This document shows, piece after piece, positions 1-11,063 of a DNA stretch of 64,000 bases. Position 1 is the first letter of the stretch; each line of letters begins with the position of its first letter. A model generated the notes under the pieces. That model saw only the letters and a list, made by a program, of their open reading frames with translations. It searched no databases and was not told where the DNA came from. Source of the stretch: Savitreella phatthalungensis (Eukaryota). The stretch is from the NCBI GenBank assembly GCA_051599415.1, contig AP039696.1:372001-436000 (forward strand), read 5' to 3'. A program made the translations under genes and the position numbers.

Positions 1-1731
1 CAGCGTGGTGCCTCTTAAGTCTGCATCTTCTTCAAGTAAGCCGAGCATAAAGACGATCGCCTTGTCGGGCTGCTTGGCTTCCACGAGCGTCGTCACGCGA
101 TCCAGCCAGGTATGCAGGGAGCCGACGGCCATCTCATGTCCTCCGAGCAAGAAGATCCTGCCCTTGTACGCAGTAAAACATGAGCCGAAGTTCGGGGCAA
201 AAGCCTGGTCTGTATACTCTGCTTCGCGCTGCTCGAAGTAGTCAGTCAGGAGCCCGCCCGCGAGGTCCTGAGGCTGCAGAAAGCGTGATGATAAGTCGTT
301 CGACGCTATGATCTTGTCATTGGGCAGATCGTAGATACAGACTGTCCAGGACTGTAGGAGAAGACAAATTGTGTCTCGATCGTGCCAATGTATAGCGATA
401 ATGCTTTCATCAAAGTCGTGGACATGGCGACTGGCGAATGTGAGTTGAATATTTGGTTCTTCGCCGGAACTAGTCGCATCGAGTATGTACAGGCGACAGC
501 ACCATGCGAAGACCAGAGTCGGGTCAGTCTTGAGCTGCGAAGCGGCTGGAGGAGGCCGCCATGCGCAGCAAGCTGAGATACAATCACTCTCAGCTATAGC
601 TCCGGTAGGTCTCGTCATCGTGTACTGCGTCCTCGGATCAGGGTTGACAGTGGCAATGACGAGCTTGTAAGGCGTGTGCATGGCAAGCAAACCCATTTTG
701 TCGACCTTTAGATCAGTGTAGCCGGAAGGCAGGATCGTGCAGCCATATAGGAAGCTTGGCCGCATGCGCTCAGCGTTACCGAGCGGATAGCGACCCAGGA
801 GTCGATGCGAGGAGCCAGGCGAGAAGATTGCTCGGCGGCGAAAGCGATGTAGGAATGCCATGCCACGTGCATCCCCGGAAACGAGAATCGAGTGTCGCTG
901 ACCGACGAAGTCCAGGAAGAGGACTGGCGTCCCATGGACATGGCCATCTGGTCCTTGTGTGGCTGGCAGATCGGCTTTGCGCGGTGTGATGTGGTGCGTT
1001 GGCGTAGTTGGCTTCGAGAGGTCCCAGACAAAGATACTTCCGTCGACGTGGCCACTAGCAACAAAGCTGCCATCCGCAGAGACCGCAAGTGACGTGATCG
1101 CGCCTGCATTCATCGCAGCAGTATCCCGTCCAATGACATGACGTTGATCCTGGCGGAAGTCGAACACAGCCAACAGCCCACGAGATGAGCCAAAAAGCAT
1201 AAATCCAGCAACTTTGATCGTCGTCGGCCTGCCAAAGAGGCGGAGTGACCGTTCAGAGTACAAGAGATCGCAGATCTTCCGCAACTTCGACCACTTGATT
1301 GTTTGAGGTGTCTGGGAAGGGGTCTGTCCGGATCCGACGTCGATAGCGTTGAGCATCCCTGGCGATGCTCGTTCACTGGACAGGGCAGATACAGATGCAA
1401 TTCGCGATGGTTCCGGCGTCGAGAGGCTACTCCGAAGACCTTCATAGCGCCTTGATCGTAGCGGAGACAGATACTTCTTGAGGTTACGCCTGCCAGGTAA
1501 TGCTGCAGATTGCGAGCTTGTTTCCGACCCAACGTCGAAGTCGAATCGTCGATCATGGGTGGTAGCCGGAGAAGAGCTGTCGTGCCATGGATCTACCTCT
1601 ATTGTAGGTGCTGCGACTGGTTGACCATGTCGGCCGGAAGATGCCGTGGAAGGCCTCTGTAGGCTGGAGCTATCGTCCGGCTGAGGCTCATATTGAGCGC
1701 CCGTGTTGAGCCCGTGACTCGATGCAGGCAT
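1..1731 (-). CDS. VPS8: CORVET complex subunit Vps8, 5' part; runs off the left edge of the window
   Basis: Hand translation of the minus frame from ATG at 1731 (upstream stop at 1741-1743). No stops in the stretches checked (1-720 and about 1020-1740). Reads TIKWSKLRK..LFGRPTTIKV..GSSRGLLAVFDF, GAITSLAVSADGSFVASGHVDGSIFVWD, GLLAMHTPYKLV and FTAYKGRIFLLG..VGSLHTWLDRV, matching fungal Vps8 beta-propeller motifs. Missing from the ORF track because it has no stop in the window. Confidence 0.88.
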   Translation of the reverse strand, partial: MPASSHGLNTGAQYEPQPDDSSSLQRPSTASSGRHGQPVAAPTIEVDPWHDSSSPATTHDRRFDFDVGSETSSQSAALPGRRNLKKYLSPLRSRRYEGLRSSLSTPEPSRIASVSALSSERASPGMLNAIDVGSGQTPSQTPQTIKWSKLRKICDLLYSERSLRLFGRPTTIKVAGFMLFGSSRGLLAVFDFRQDQRHVIGRDTAAMNAGAITSLAVSADGSFVASGHVDGSIFVWDLSKPTTPTHHITPRKADLPATQGPDGHVHGTPVLFLDFVGQRHSILVSGDARGMAFLHRFRRRAIFSPGSSHRLLGRYPLGNAERMRPSFLYGCTILPSGYTDLKVDKMGLLAMHTPYKLVIATVNPDPRTQYTMTRPTGAIAESDCISACCAWRPPPAASQLKTDPTLVFAWCCRLYILDATSSGEEPNIQLTFASRHVHDFDESIIAIHWHDRDTICLLLQSWTVCIYDLPNDKIIASNDLSSRFLQPQDLAGGLLTDYFEQREAEYTDQAFAPNFGSCFTAYKGRIFLLGGHEMAVGSLHTWLDRVTTLVEAKQPDKAIVFMLGLLEEDADLRGTTL

Positions 1732-2097
1732 GTTGCTAAGCTAGCCAATGCTAGAGCCTGATCATCGGCAAGTTCTTATGCCGTCCATTGCAACGAAGAC
1801 TCTGTGAGAACATCTGCAGTGTGTCTTGAAGCAGCAGGGACGTGCGCGTTGGCATCATGCCGCGTCGCGCGAGTCGATCAAATTAAATCCTGCTATGCCG
1901 TACGTCAAAAGACGAAGATCTCCAATCGAATTTTCCGTTCGACTGCATGACAATGTCTAACGTGGAAGGTAAAGATCGTGAAGTGATTGCCTTCTTCACA
2001 AAAGCTGTCGAGAGTTAGCCACAGATTCTGGGGAACATGAACGTCAACATCAACATTAGATCTATTCTGAAGATCCGAGAGCAGCTCGAGTCCGTCA

Positions 2098-2643
2098 CTA
2101 TCTGACTGGCGCGGCGGCCACTGTTGCTGTGGTGGCGTTCGGCGCATTCGGTCTAGTTGCGTCCGCCGTCTCGCTCACGGTGGTCGCGCCCTTCGAGGGC
2201 GGCTCGTAGGCGGGGAGTGCTTGGGCGTAAGGATCGTATGCCGGAGGGACTGCAGCGATTCCAGATCCGTCCGTCCGTCCTGCTGGGCGATAGACGCCGC
2301 CATGGTATCCTCCTGGCTGACCATTCGAGCTATAGGGATACTGCGCAAACGGATCATTCACTGGTGCCATCGGAAAGTTCTGTCGAGCGCGATTAGGATC
2401 GCGGTCTGCAGCAGAGAACAGCCATTTGTGGTACCCCATTAAAGGCTGACCGCGTATCAGTCGTCTCCTACCATGGATCCTGCCTGCAGAGATGAAGACC
2501 GCGAAGAGGATCACAATGAGGATGAAAATACCCCATTCGCGCCAGTAGTAGCCTGTTGAGCTCCAGCCTGCGTCACCTGACCCGGAGCCTCCTGTCAAAG
2601 GAGCGCCGTACTGTCGTCGTACAAGATCGACGAGGACTGCCAT
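2098..2643 (-). CDS. RCR-family (resistance to Congo red / chitin regulation) single-pass membrane protein with PY-like motifs
   Basis: 181 aa; TM segment WGIFILIVILFAVFI followed by RRRLIRGQPLMGYHKWL; C-terminal PPAY and LPAY motifs typical of Rsp5/Nedd4 adaptors. Confidence 0.75.
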   Translation of the reverse strand: MAVLVDLVRRQYGAPLTGGSGSGDAGWSSTGYYWREWGIFILIVILFAVFISAGRIHGRRRLIRGQPLMGYHKWLFSAADRDPNRARQNFPMAPVNDPFAQYPYSSNGQPGGYHGGVYRPAGRTDGSGIAAVPPAYDPYAQALPAYEPPSKGATTVSETADATRPNAPNATTATVAAAPVR

Positions 2644-5590
2644 CCCGTGGACAATTCAGGGAAATCTGGAATGAAACAGAGGGGGCCAGGAAGGGAGAGG
2701 AGACTTTTTGAGGATTTGAGCTGTGACCTTAGACTCGCTGTCGAGAGCGCAATGAATATTTAGCCGAGCGTGCGTTTGTGCGCGAGAGTGGGCGAGCGTG
2801 ATAGGTTGGATACGATGAGGTGGCACGAATAGGCACAATCGAGTGTGCGACTCAGCTAGATAGCTGTCCGTGCGAGCGTGGACAATCCAAATTCGAGTGG
2901 GCCGGGCGCAAGGTGTCAGGCAGATGGCGCGTGTACGCTCAATGTCAATCTTGCAGCGAAGCAGTTCTGTGGTGAAGGTCAATCAGGCGACGTGTCGTGT
3001 ATGTCAATGGCGAGTAAGGAGAGCGGGGTCCGGCGTGGACTTTCTGAGTACGAAAATGACGAATGGTAAATTCAACCGACGTAGAGCTTCCCCTTGCCCT
3101 GGCTGCTGAGTCTGCGTAATGTGTGTGCCGTAATATATGTGGAGCTGAGTAAGGCCAATTGAGTGCTCTATTTTATGTGCTTGGCGGATGTGGCGCAACA
3201 AGGCAAGAATGTTCTGATTCTGGTTCCCGTGTTCTCTAGGCGACCGAACCCACCTGATGATGAGCTTCAAGAACTTTGGAATCCAGTAGTACAATCCACA
3301 GATTGTTCTGCAGCGCTAGATGTTCTGTTCGTAGCAGGAACGAGTAGGATCAAAGAAAGATAAGGGGACTTATAGTGGCTGAAGTAGAGCAGAAATTCAG
3401 TGGAAAGGATATTGTCTTGGCTCTCCTGTTGAAGCTAGACTGGCGCGGGAGGCGCGAATGAATGACAGACAGACAGTATGAAAGTAAGATAGATAGATCT
3501 TGGGTGAGATGATCAGCCCGCCCGTGTCAGACGTTGAGGCTATCGACCAAGAAATGTGTAGAGTTTCGAAGCGAGGGGTTTGAGGACGAGCCCTGGTCGA
3601 CGACGAGTGCATCGTCAGTGCCAGACAAGCGAGGAATCATCAAACAAACTCGTGTCTATCACAGACTCAGGACAAAACAAATGTTGAGACGTGGCTATGT
3701 CAGGATGACCGCATCAATGTGCATGGAGGGACGCATGGTCTCCGATTGATAAACGAGTCATGGAAGATCAATATAGATGCAGCAGCATGCTAGAGATACA
3801 CGTGAAGTACTTTGCTGGATTGGGAATGCAGTATAATAGCCTGCGCAACAAGCATCTCGAGCAAGCGCCATGGTGATTCCTCATCGTCCGTCGACCTGAA
3901 CATCAGATGAGGCGTCAATCAAGCCAGCCTTGATGGTCCTGCAAGCGACACGTGTCAAGGCTCAGTTGTCAATGTCTCTTCTCCGACATATGCAGCAGCT
4001 TTCTTCTGATCGCGGGTCGCAACATTGCGTTACTGGTCGTCGGCAGATCTTTCTCGAGACCGCATGTCGCCACCAGCTTACATCCTGAGCGCTGCAATGT
4101 CAACTGTCGCGTAAGGCTTCTCGACAAGAGCGTTAGGCACGACACCACGCGAACGTTCGGGCGAATACAAAGAATAATTGACGATCGACGTGGCATAATT
4201 GTACTGCGTCTTTGCAGGACACCCTCATGCAGAGAAGGTATACAGTGCGTATGCGGTGGAGTCATATGGGATTCAATGCTCGTCCATTTGACCGTCTCGT
4301 TTGATCGATCGTTGATCAATCTTGCAGTCAAGAGATCAATGAGCTGTGAGAACGGTCATTTACTTAGGAGATATGATTGATCTGAAATCGGTTGGAATGA
4401 TTTGGTTGTGAGTGACTCGAGTGACGCAACTGCATTCTATCGAGCACAAGTTGCGTTTCAGCTTGCGCTGACTTCTGCATTCAATTGTTAACATGACGAG
4501 GCTTAGTCGAGATATCTCAGGCTTGAGGTTCTAAGGCCTTCCCGAGAGGAAGCCCGTTGTGACCCGAAATAGTGTTAATATTTCGTCGAAACTGCTGAGG
4601 GTGAGCCAGCGAGCAAATACGTTTTTGAGCCTCAATACTCTGGTCGGTAGCAAGAGGTCAATTATGTATATCTGATCCTCATTTCATTGAGTTCGTGCAC
4701 ATTGGCTCGAAGCTGATTCCTTTGCAGCCTGCTTGATATTCCCGGGAAGCACTCTGACTGAGATGGATTCCACGTCTGACTATATATCGCTGACAGCTGG
4801 ATCAATTTGTCGTGGCCGTCTGCTTGAGCTCTGGCCAGTTGGATCCACAGAAGGCTATTGATCACCAACTAGCTAAGCCATCAAGCGTCCTGTCTATCCA
4901 TCAATCAGATTTGGTTCTGTACTTTCCACCCAGACCACCTGCTTAGGGCTGGCCTCCATCCATCCCTCACTCCACATCTATCCTAATGCTTCCTTGCTTC
5001 ATTCCACTCCAGCCGACCTTGTAACGTCCTTCCAGAATCACCTTTCAAGGCATTCAACAAGACAAGGACAAAGAGACGACGAGGCGGTGCCAACTTTGAC
5101 AGGACATTGTGATCTGAATCAGAGCAAGATCGCTTACCTGTCCTGCTCTGCCTCGACGTTCTATCCTCATACGATCTCACTGCGGCTCGGCTACATTCGA
5201 GCTTCTTGGTATTGTTGCTAGTGATCATCATTTGGCTGACCATCTTGACTGCGCACACGCATACACACGTCTACGCAAGCACACTCTCTGCATTGACACT
5301 TGAACACTCAGCTGATCAGGTGTCCGCATACAAAAGTCCTTGACACGCGACCCTCCGCCGTGATCAACTTACGACACACACGCCTTGAAGCCCGTCCGTT
5401 GTTAAAACGCGACCTGGAAACGAAGAGCAGACTGCCGGAGAAGCGATTCAAACAGCGAGCTAGCGAGTGAGTGACCAAGCGATCCAGCGGTACATCGAAA
5501 ACTTCGTTCTCGGCCGACACGACTTCTATTACTAGCATTCATTCCGGCGATTCTTGCTATTCTAGCTCGGACTGCAGTTGTCTGATCATT

Positions 5591-5630
5591 CACACACATA
5601 CACACACATACACACACACACACGCACATA
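5591..5630 (+). repeat. Imperfect (CA)n microsatellite in the NCS1 leader
   Basis: cacacacatacacacacatacacacacacacacgcacata. Confidence 0.9.
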
Positions 5631-5647
5631 CTAGCTGATCCATCAAC

Positions 5648-6220
5648 ATGGGCGCTCAGAAATCGAAGCTGTCAAGTGAAGACTTGCACTCTTTGCAGAA
5701 GCAGACGTACTTCAACCGGAAAGAGCTGAATCAGTGGTACCGTGGATTCCTGAAGGATTGCCCAAGTGGCCAGCTGACAAAGCCTGAGTTCCAAAAGATC
5801 TACAAGCAGTTCTTCCCGTTTGGCGATCCAAGTGCTTTTGCAGACTACGTGTTCAATGTCTTTGACAACGACAAGAACGGGACAATCGACTTCAAGGAGT
5901 TTATTTGTGCGCTGAGTGTGACTTCCCGGGGCGAGATGGACGAGAAGCTCGATTGGGCTTTCCAGCTTTACGACATCAACAATGACGGCCGAATCAGCTA
6001 CGATGAGATGCTCAACATTGTCGATGCGATCTACAAGATGGTTGGGTCAATGGTGAAGCTGCCGGAGGACGAGGACACGCCCGAGAAGCGCGTCAACAAG
6101 ATCTTTGGGATGATGGACAAGGACAAGAATGGAGAGCTGACGATGGATGAATTTAAGGAGGGTTCTAAACGCGACCCGACCATCTGTGCGGCGCTAAACC
6201 TGTACCAGGACTTGGTCTAG
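5648..6220 (+). CDS. NCS1: Neuronal calcium sensor / frequenin homolog
   Basis: 190 aa; N-myristoylation [21 protein letters not shown] hands [36 protein letters not shown]. Confidence 0.97.
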   Translation: MGAQKSKLSSEDLHSLQKQTYFNRKELNQWYRGFLKDCPSGQLTKPEFQKIYKQFFPFGDPSAFADYVFNVFDNDKNGTIDFKEFICALSVTSRGEMDEKLDWAFQLYDINNDGRISYDEMLNIVDAIYKMVGSMVKLPEDEDTPEKRVNKIFGMMDKDKNGELTMDEFKEGSKRDPTICAALNLYQDLV

Positions 6221-6375
6221 CCGCAAGTATTTCCCACACAAACATATGCCCGGTTTCTCCGCATCATTTGGCACTCAGAGTAGTGTCCAGGAACTTTTTT
6301 TTACGAACGATATCTCCCAACTTTTGTCCTCTCTCGATTTTTGTGATGTCATATCATTTTTGTGTGCGCGTGCAC

Positions 6376-6989
6376 CTACTGGAGAGCGATGCACTCGATC
6401 TCGACAGAGACTATACCGGTGTGTTAGTAACGCTGTTGGCCGATGCACAATCCGTGCGGCTGTACGAACCATTTTTCGGGAGTGTCTTGACAGCGACGCA
6501 GGATCTTGCTGGCTTGGGATCTGGCAGCATTTTTGCATAGACCTCGTTCATCTAGATTGGTATCTCCGTCAGTTCTTGGATCCCTTCACACACATATCGA
6601 GAAGACGTAGATCACTGTACCTTTGCAAAGTCACCCATGTCAGCCAGGAAGATATTCACCTTGACGATTTTGTCAAGTGAGGATCCAGCAGCCTTCAGCA
6701 CATTCTCCAAATTCGTAATCACCTGGCGGGTGCATTCACCAACGTCACCCTCCACCAGCTTGCCTTCGCTGTCGGCTGGGATCTGACCTGAGCAGAAGAC
6801 CATGCCATTGGCCTTTGTGGCGATCGAGTATGGTCCAGCGGCCGGTGAGCACGCTGCAGTAGGCTCGACCACCTGGAAAGCGCGTGTGGATGACATCGGT
6901 CTAGCCTGGTAGAGGAGATGTTGTGAGATGTTTCGAGTACTGAAGAGTGAGGGAATAAGACGAGGTGAGCGGATAGTCAATCGGAGCAT
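6376..6989 (-). CDS. MMF1: RidA/YjgF/UK114 enamine deaminase with mitochondrial presequence; exons 6989-6621, 6551-6470, 6410-6376
   Basis: GPYS, SGQIP, KVNIFLADMGDF. Splicing out 6620-6552 (GTACAG..CTGAC..TAG) and 6469-6411 (GTTCGT..CTAAC..TAG) restores MNEVYAKMLPDPKPARSCVAVKTLPKNVSVEIECIALQ*, including the catalytic Arg (PARS) and VEIE. Confidence 0.93.
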
Positions 6990-8087
6990 CAGAGAGTTCT
7001 CAGGAGGAGACACACACTCTAGGCTTAGGAGAGACAGGAGTGGGTGTAGGTAGAAAGTGCGTTGTGTGGATCCAACCAGACGGAATACAGCAAGATCGTT
7101 GTCACTCTCTTACCCCACGAATGCACAGTCGGTCAGGGATCCACGTCTCTTTCGAAGGAAACAAATTGATTCCATATTTGAAGAGATTTTTGTGGATTAG
7201 ATTTCAGAGATCCAAAGACTTTCAACACGTGATACTTCTTACTATCTCAATACACACGTGGATATTCAGGTTGATGACGTGGGGGGGCACTGCTGCATCT
7301 AGGTACGTATGTAGTCGCTGCAAATGATAGTGAATCTTGCGTGGGAAAGTGATGACTCTGTCAAGCTCCAATTCGGGTTAATTTGTCTTCCAGATAATTC
7401 AGATAGAGTCCATGACGAGTTTCAACTGATCTGCGAGGCAAAAAAGGAATTTTTCTCAATATTTCAATTAACTTTTTTTTCTTCCTCTTCTTCATTCGTG
7501 TCGATTGCTTTTGCTTGCATGTGGTTGGCTGTTGTACCGCTGACCAAATGACCTGGGTGAGATATGGAGTCCATTAATTCACCGAGCGTAGTGCTCGTCC
7601 TGTCTGACCTCGATTGAATGTTCGGACTTTCTTTGTATCCTTTAGCTGTGAGAGTGTCTGGGTATGTGCGTCTGTGGGTTGGTCTATCTATGGCTGTCTC
7701 TAATCTATCTAATTGCATCAAATCTATGCCTGGTTGGATAGAATCACTCACTCTGATGATCCTGGGTGTCGTAGATTGCTCTGTCAGTGGTCAATCCACG
7801 CTGCTTCTGACACAAACTCACACACCCACACACCCACAAACCCACGCACACACACACCCACTGCACTGAACCGTCTTCTCTCTTCGACCTTCTCTCTGCT
7901 CTCAGTTACTCAACCACTGACTCAGTCACTCACGAACACCCACACTCCCTGCAAGGTGCCGTCAGTGCCTGGGTCACCATCACCACCACCAATTCACTCC
8001 ACCTGGCAAACCCTTCCACACAACCTTTTCCTCCGAGGGCACCTTCACACTCACTCACACTCTCTCACTCCCTCACTCTCTTCCCTG

Positions 8088-8112
8088 TCTCTCTCTCTCT
8101 CTCTCTCTCTCT
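8088..8112 (+). repeat. (CT)n microsatellite upstream of eIF4A
   Basis: About 12 TC units within a CA/CT-rich tract. Confidence 0.9.
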
Positions 8113-8469
8113 GATACTCCTCCACCCTCATCCTCCATCCGCCACCTCTACCGCGCTCACACACACGCACACGCTCGCACACACACGCACTACTCTCTCT
8201 CTCTGTCTCCGGACGCGCGTTCCTGCCAAACCACAATGACTACCTCCCTCCCGAGTCAGCCTCAGACTCCCTACTCTCACTTTCTCCAATCTTGCCCCTT
8301 ACCCTGACGTCCATAGAAATTTTTCTGTAGCGCATACCTAGAAATTCTTTTTTCCAAGGACCGATCGAACTCTTGTTCATCGTATTCCAAACCGCTCTTA
8401 CAAACACCAGACCCAGGAGCGCAGTCCAAGCGCGACCTTTTTATAACTCTACATCTTCACCTGCCCAGC

Positions 8470-9657
8470 ATGGCTGAAGCTTTTAACGATGCCCCCGAGC
8501 AGCTGATCGAGTCCAACTGGGACGAGGTCGTTGACTCGTTCGATGACATGAACCTCGACAGCAAGTTGCTCCGTGGTATCTACGCCTACGGTTTCGAGCG
8601 GCCGTCTGCCATTCAGGCGCGCGCCATCAAGCCCGTCATCAAGGACCACGACGTCATTGCCCAGGCGCAGTCCGGAACCGGCAAGACCGCGACCTTCAGC
8701 ATCTCCGTCCTGCAGAAGATCGACATGTCGCTCAAGCAGACGCAGGCCTTGATCCTCGCACCGACTCGCGAGCTCGCCCAGCAGATCCAGAAGGTCCTGA
8801 TCGCGATCGGCGACTTCATGGACGTCGAGTGCCACGCCTGCATCGGCGGCACCAACGTCCGGGACGACATGAAGGCCCTCCAGGAAGGCCCCCACGTGAT
8901 TGTGGGAACGCCAGGACGTGTGCACGACATGATTCAGCGCCGCGCACTCAGGACCGACCACGTCAAGATGTTTGTGCTCGACGAGGCGGACGAGATGCTC
9001 TCCCAGGGCTTCAAGGAGCAGATCCACGACATCTTCCAGCTCCTCCCACCTGCCACCCAGGCTGTGCTCCTCTCTGCAACAATGCCGCAGGAGGTGCTCG
9101 AGGTGACTGAGAAGTTCATGCGTGACCCGATCCGTATCCTGGTGAAGAAGGACGAGCTGACGCTTGAAGGTATCAAGCAGTTCTACATCGCCGTCGAGAA
9201 GGAGGACTGGAAGCTGGACACGCTCTGCGACCTTTACGAGACTGTGACGATCACCCAGGCCGTCATCTTCTGCAACACCCGCAGAAAAGTCGACTGGCTG
9301 ACTGACAAGCTGACGTCTCGCGACTTCACCGTGTCTGCCATGCACGGCGACATGGACCAGGCCCAGCGTGACGTGATCATGAAGGAGTTCAGGTCAGGCT
9401 CATCCCGCGTCCTCATCACCACCGACCTGCTCGCTCGCGGAATCGACGTCCAGCAAGTCTCCCTCGTCATCAACTACGACCTCCCTGCCAACCGGGAGAA
9501 CTACATCCACCGAATCGGCCGTGGTGGACGATTCGGAAGGAAGGGTGTGTCGATCAACTTTGTCACGACCGAGGACGTTCGCATGATGCGCGACATTGAG
9601 CAATTCTACTCTACCCAGATCGAGGAGATGCCACTCCACATCGCCGACCTCATCTAG
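8470..9657 (+). CDS. TIF1: Translation initiation factor eIF4A (DEAD-box helicase)
   Basis: 395 aa; [43 protein letters not shown]; strong C-ending codon bias. Confidence 0.98.
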   Translation: MAEAFNDAPEQLIESNWDEVVDSFDDMNLDSKLLRGIYAYGFERPSAIQARAIKPVIKDHDVIAQAQSGTGKTATFSISVLQKIDMSLKQTQALILAPTRELAQQIQKVLIAIGDFMDVECHACIGGTNVRDDMKALQEGPHVIVGTPGRVHDMIQRRALRTDHVKMFVLDEADEMLSQGFKEQIHDIFQLLPPATQAVLLSATMPQEVLEVTEKFMRDPIRILVKKDELTLEGIKQFYIAVEKEDWKLDTLCDLYETVTITQAVIFCNTRRKVDWLTDKLTSRDFTVSAMHGDMDQAQRDVIMKEFRSGSSRVLITTDLLARGIDVQQVSLVINYDLPANRENYIHRIGRGGRFGRKGVSINFVTTEDVRMMRDIEQFYSTQIEEMPLHIADLI

Positions 9658-9824
9658 ACGGAAAAACATACCTCCCCAACCTCTCTCTCTCTCTCTCTCG
9701 TCGCAGGCGAAAATAAAAAGTTTCTACCTTGATCGAATCTATTCCCCCCATTAGACCTACACGTACAGAAAGTGAGAGATTTCATTTCATCTGCCTGTTG
9801 TTGATTAATCTTACGATGATCTAC

Positions 9825-10652
9825 TTATGCCTTGGTGAATCGCTTTGCGGTCGCTGCGAATTCCCTTCCTTGGATCTCTGCCATCTCGAGTTCGAGTGGT
9901 GATGGCATCCTCGATCCGTCTCCTGCGGTGACTGTTCCTGCGCCCCAAGCACTGCCGCCGTGGACCTCGTTGAGGTTAGTCGCCTGGGCGAACGTGTTGG
10001 CGTAACCGAGGGGCACGAAGATGATGCCGTGGTGAGTGAAAGTCGAAAGCTGTTGGAGAGCGGTGGTCTCCTGACCTCCACCGAGCGACGACGTCGACAC
10101 AAACGTGCCAGCAATCTTACCGCTCAGCGCGCCAGAAGCCCACAGGCCACCGGTAGCGTCCCAGAACGCCTTGAATTGGCCGGGCATGTTGCCGTACCGG
10201 GTGGGGACACCGAACAGGTAGGCGTCATGCTGGACAAGGGTGTCTGAGGTGGCGGTCGGGTAGTCCTTTTTCGCAGGCGCGTGCATCTTGTCGAGCACTT
10301 CCTGTGGGAGCGTCTCAGACACCTGGTAGATCGTAGCACTCACACCAGAAGCCTCCACACCCTTCTTCACGGCCTCCGCCATCGCCGCAATGTGGCCGTA
10401 CATCGAGTAGATGATGATGGCGACGCCCTTTGATGCCGCAGTGTTCGACATTGTTGTTGTTGTGGTGGTGGCTGGTTGGGTTGCAAGGGGGACCGTTGAC
10501 TGGGACACGGTTGTGTTGGCAGGGACCTCTGCAGGAACGGCTGCCGGTGGTGCTGTAGTGGTAGTAGTAGTGGCTGCTGGTGTGGCAGCGGGCTGAGCAG
10601 TACTGGCGGTAGTAGTTGTCTGTGTCTGAGGTTTAGACAGGCAACTTCCCAT
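9825..10652 (-). CDS. Flavodoxin-like NAD(P)H:quinone oxidoreductase (WrbA/Pst2/Ycp4/Obr1 family) with an N-terminal acylation motif and Thr/Ala/Pro linker
   Basis: [39 protein letters not shown]; starts MGSCLSK. Confidence 0.95.
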   Translation of the reverse strand: MGSCLSKPQTQTTTTASTAQPAATPAATTTTTTAPPAAVPAEVPANTTVSQSTVPLATQPATTTTTTMSNTAASKGVAIIIYSMYGHIAAMAEAVKKGVEASGVSATIYQVSETLPQEVLDKMHAPAKKDYPTATSDTLVQHDAYLFGVPTRYGNMPGQFKAFWDATGGLWASGALSGKIAGTFVSTSSLGGGQETTALQQLSTFTHHGIIFVPLGYANTFAQATNLNEVHGGSAWGAGTVTAGDGSRMPSPLELEMAEIQGREFAATAKRFTKA

Positions 10653-10686
10653 ACTGAAGATCTGATCGATGGCGTGCGAGACCCTG

Positions 10687-10694
10687 TTTATATA
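10687..10694 (-). promoter_or_regulatory. TATA box (TATATAAA) of the quinone reductase gene
   Basis: Plus-strand tttatata = TATATAAA on minus, 35 nt before the ATG at 10652. Confidence 0.65.
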
Positions 10695-11063
10695 GACTTT
10701 CGTGGGAGTCGTTAGGGAGAAAGGGAGACTGTCACCCCCAGAGTCGGTCAGAGAGAGTGTGGTATGGGAGGAGAAGGTGTTTGGTTTGGGTTGTCGGCGT
10801 CGGTTGCTGTTGCTATTGCAATTGCTGTTGCTGACCGTTGGCGGCTGCTGCTATTGGACAGATACGCTTGATGATGAGCGATCCTTGCTAAGCTGTATCT
10901 GATGGCGGTTGATTATCGGTGACATTCGATTCAGCAAATTTACTAAGCAATTTTCCAAATTCCCGTGCCCATTCGGAAAAAGTTTAAATTCCGAGCCTGT
11001 AAACACGTGTACAGCGTTTACACGTGCATACACAGGTCAATTGATACCCTCCTCTCCAGTCCG

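Noticed and set aside
8449..9345. Long antisense ORFs over eIF4A (also over CPA2, MMSDH, SSB, FUN30 and catalase)
   Set aside because: Expected from strong codon bias that avoids TTA/CTA/TCA in the sense frame; the translations have no recognisable motifs.
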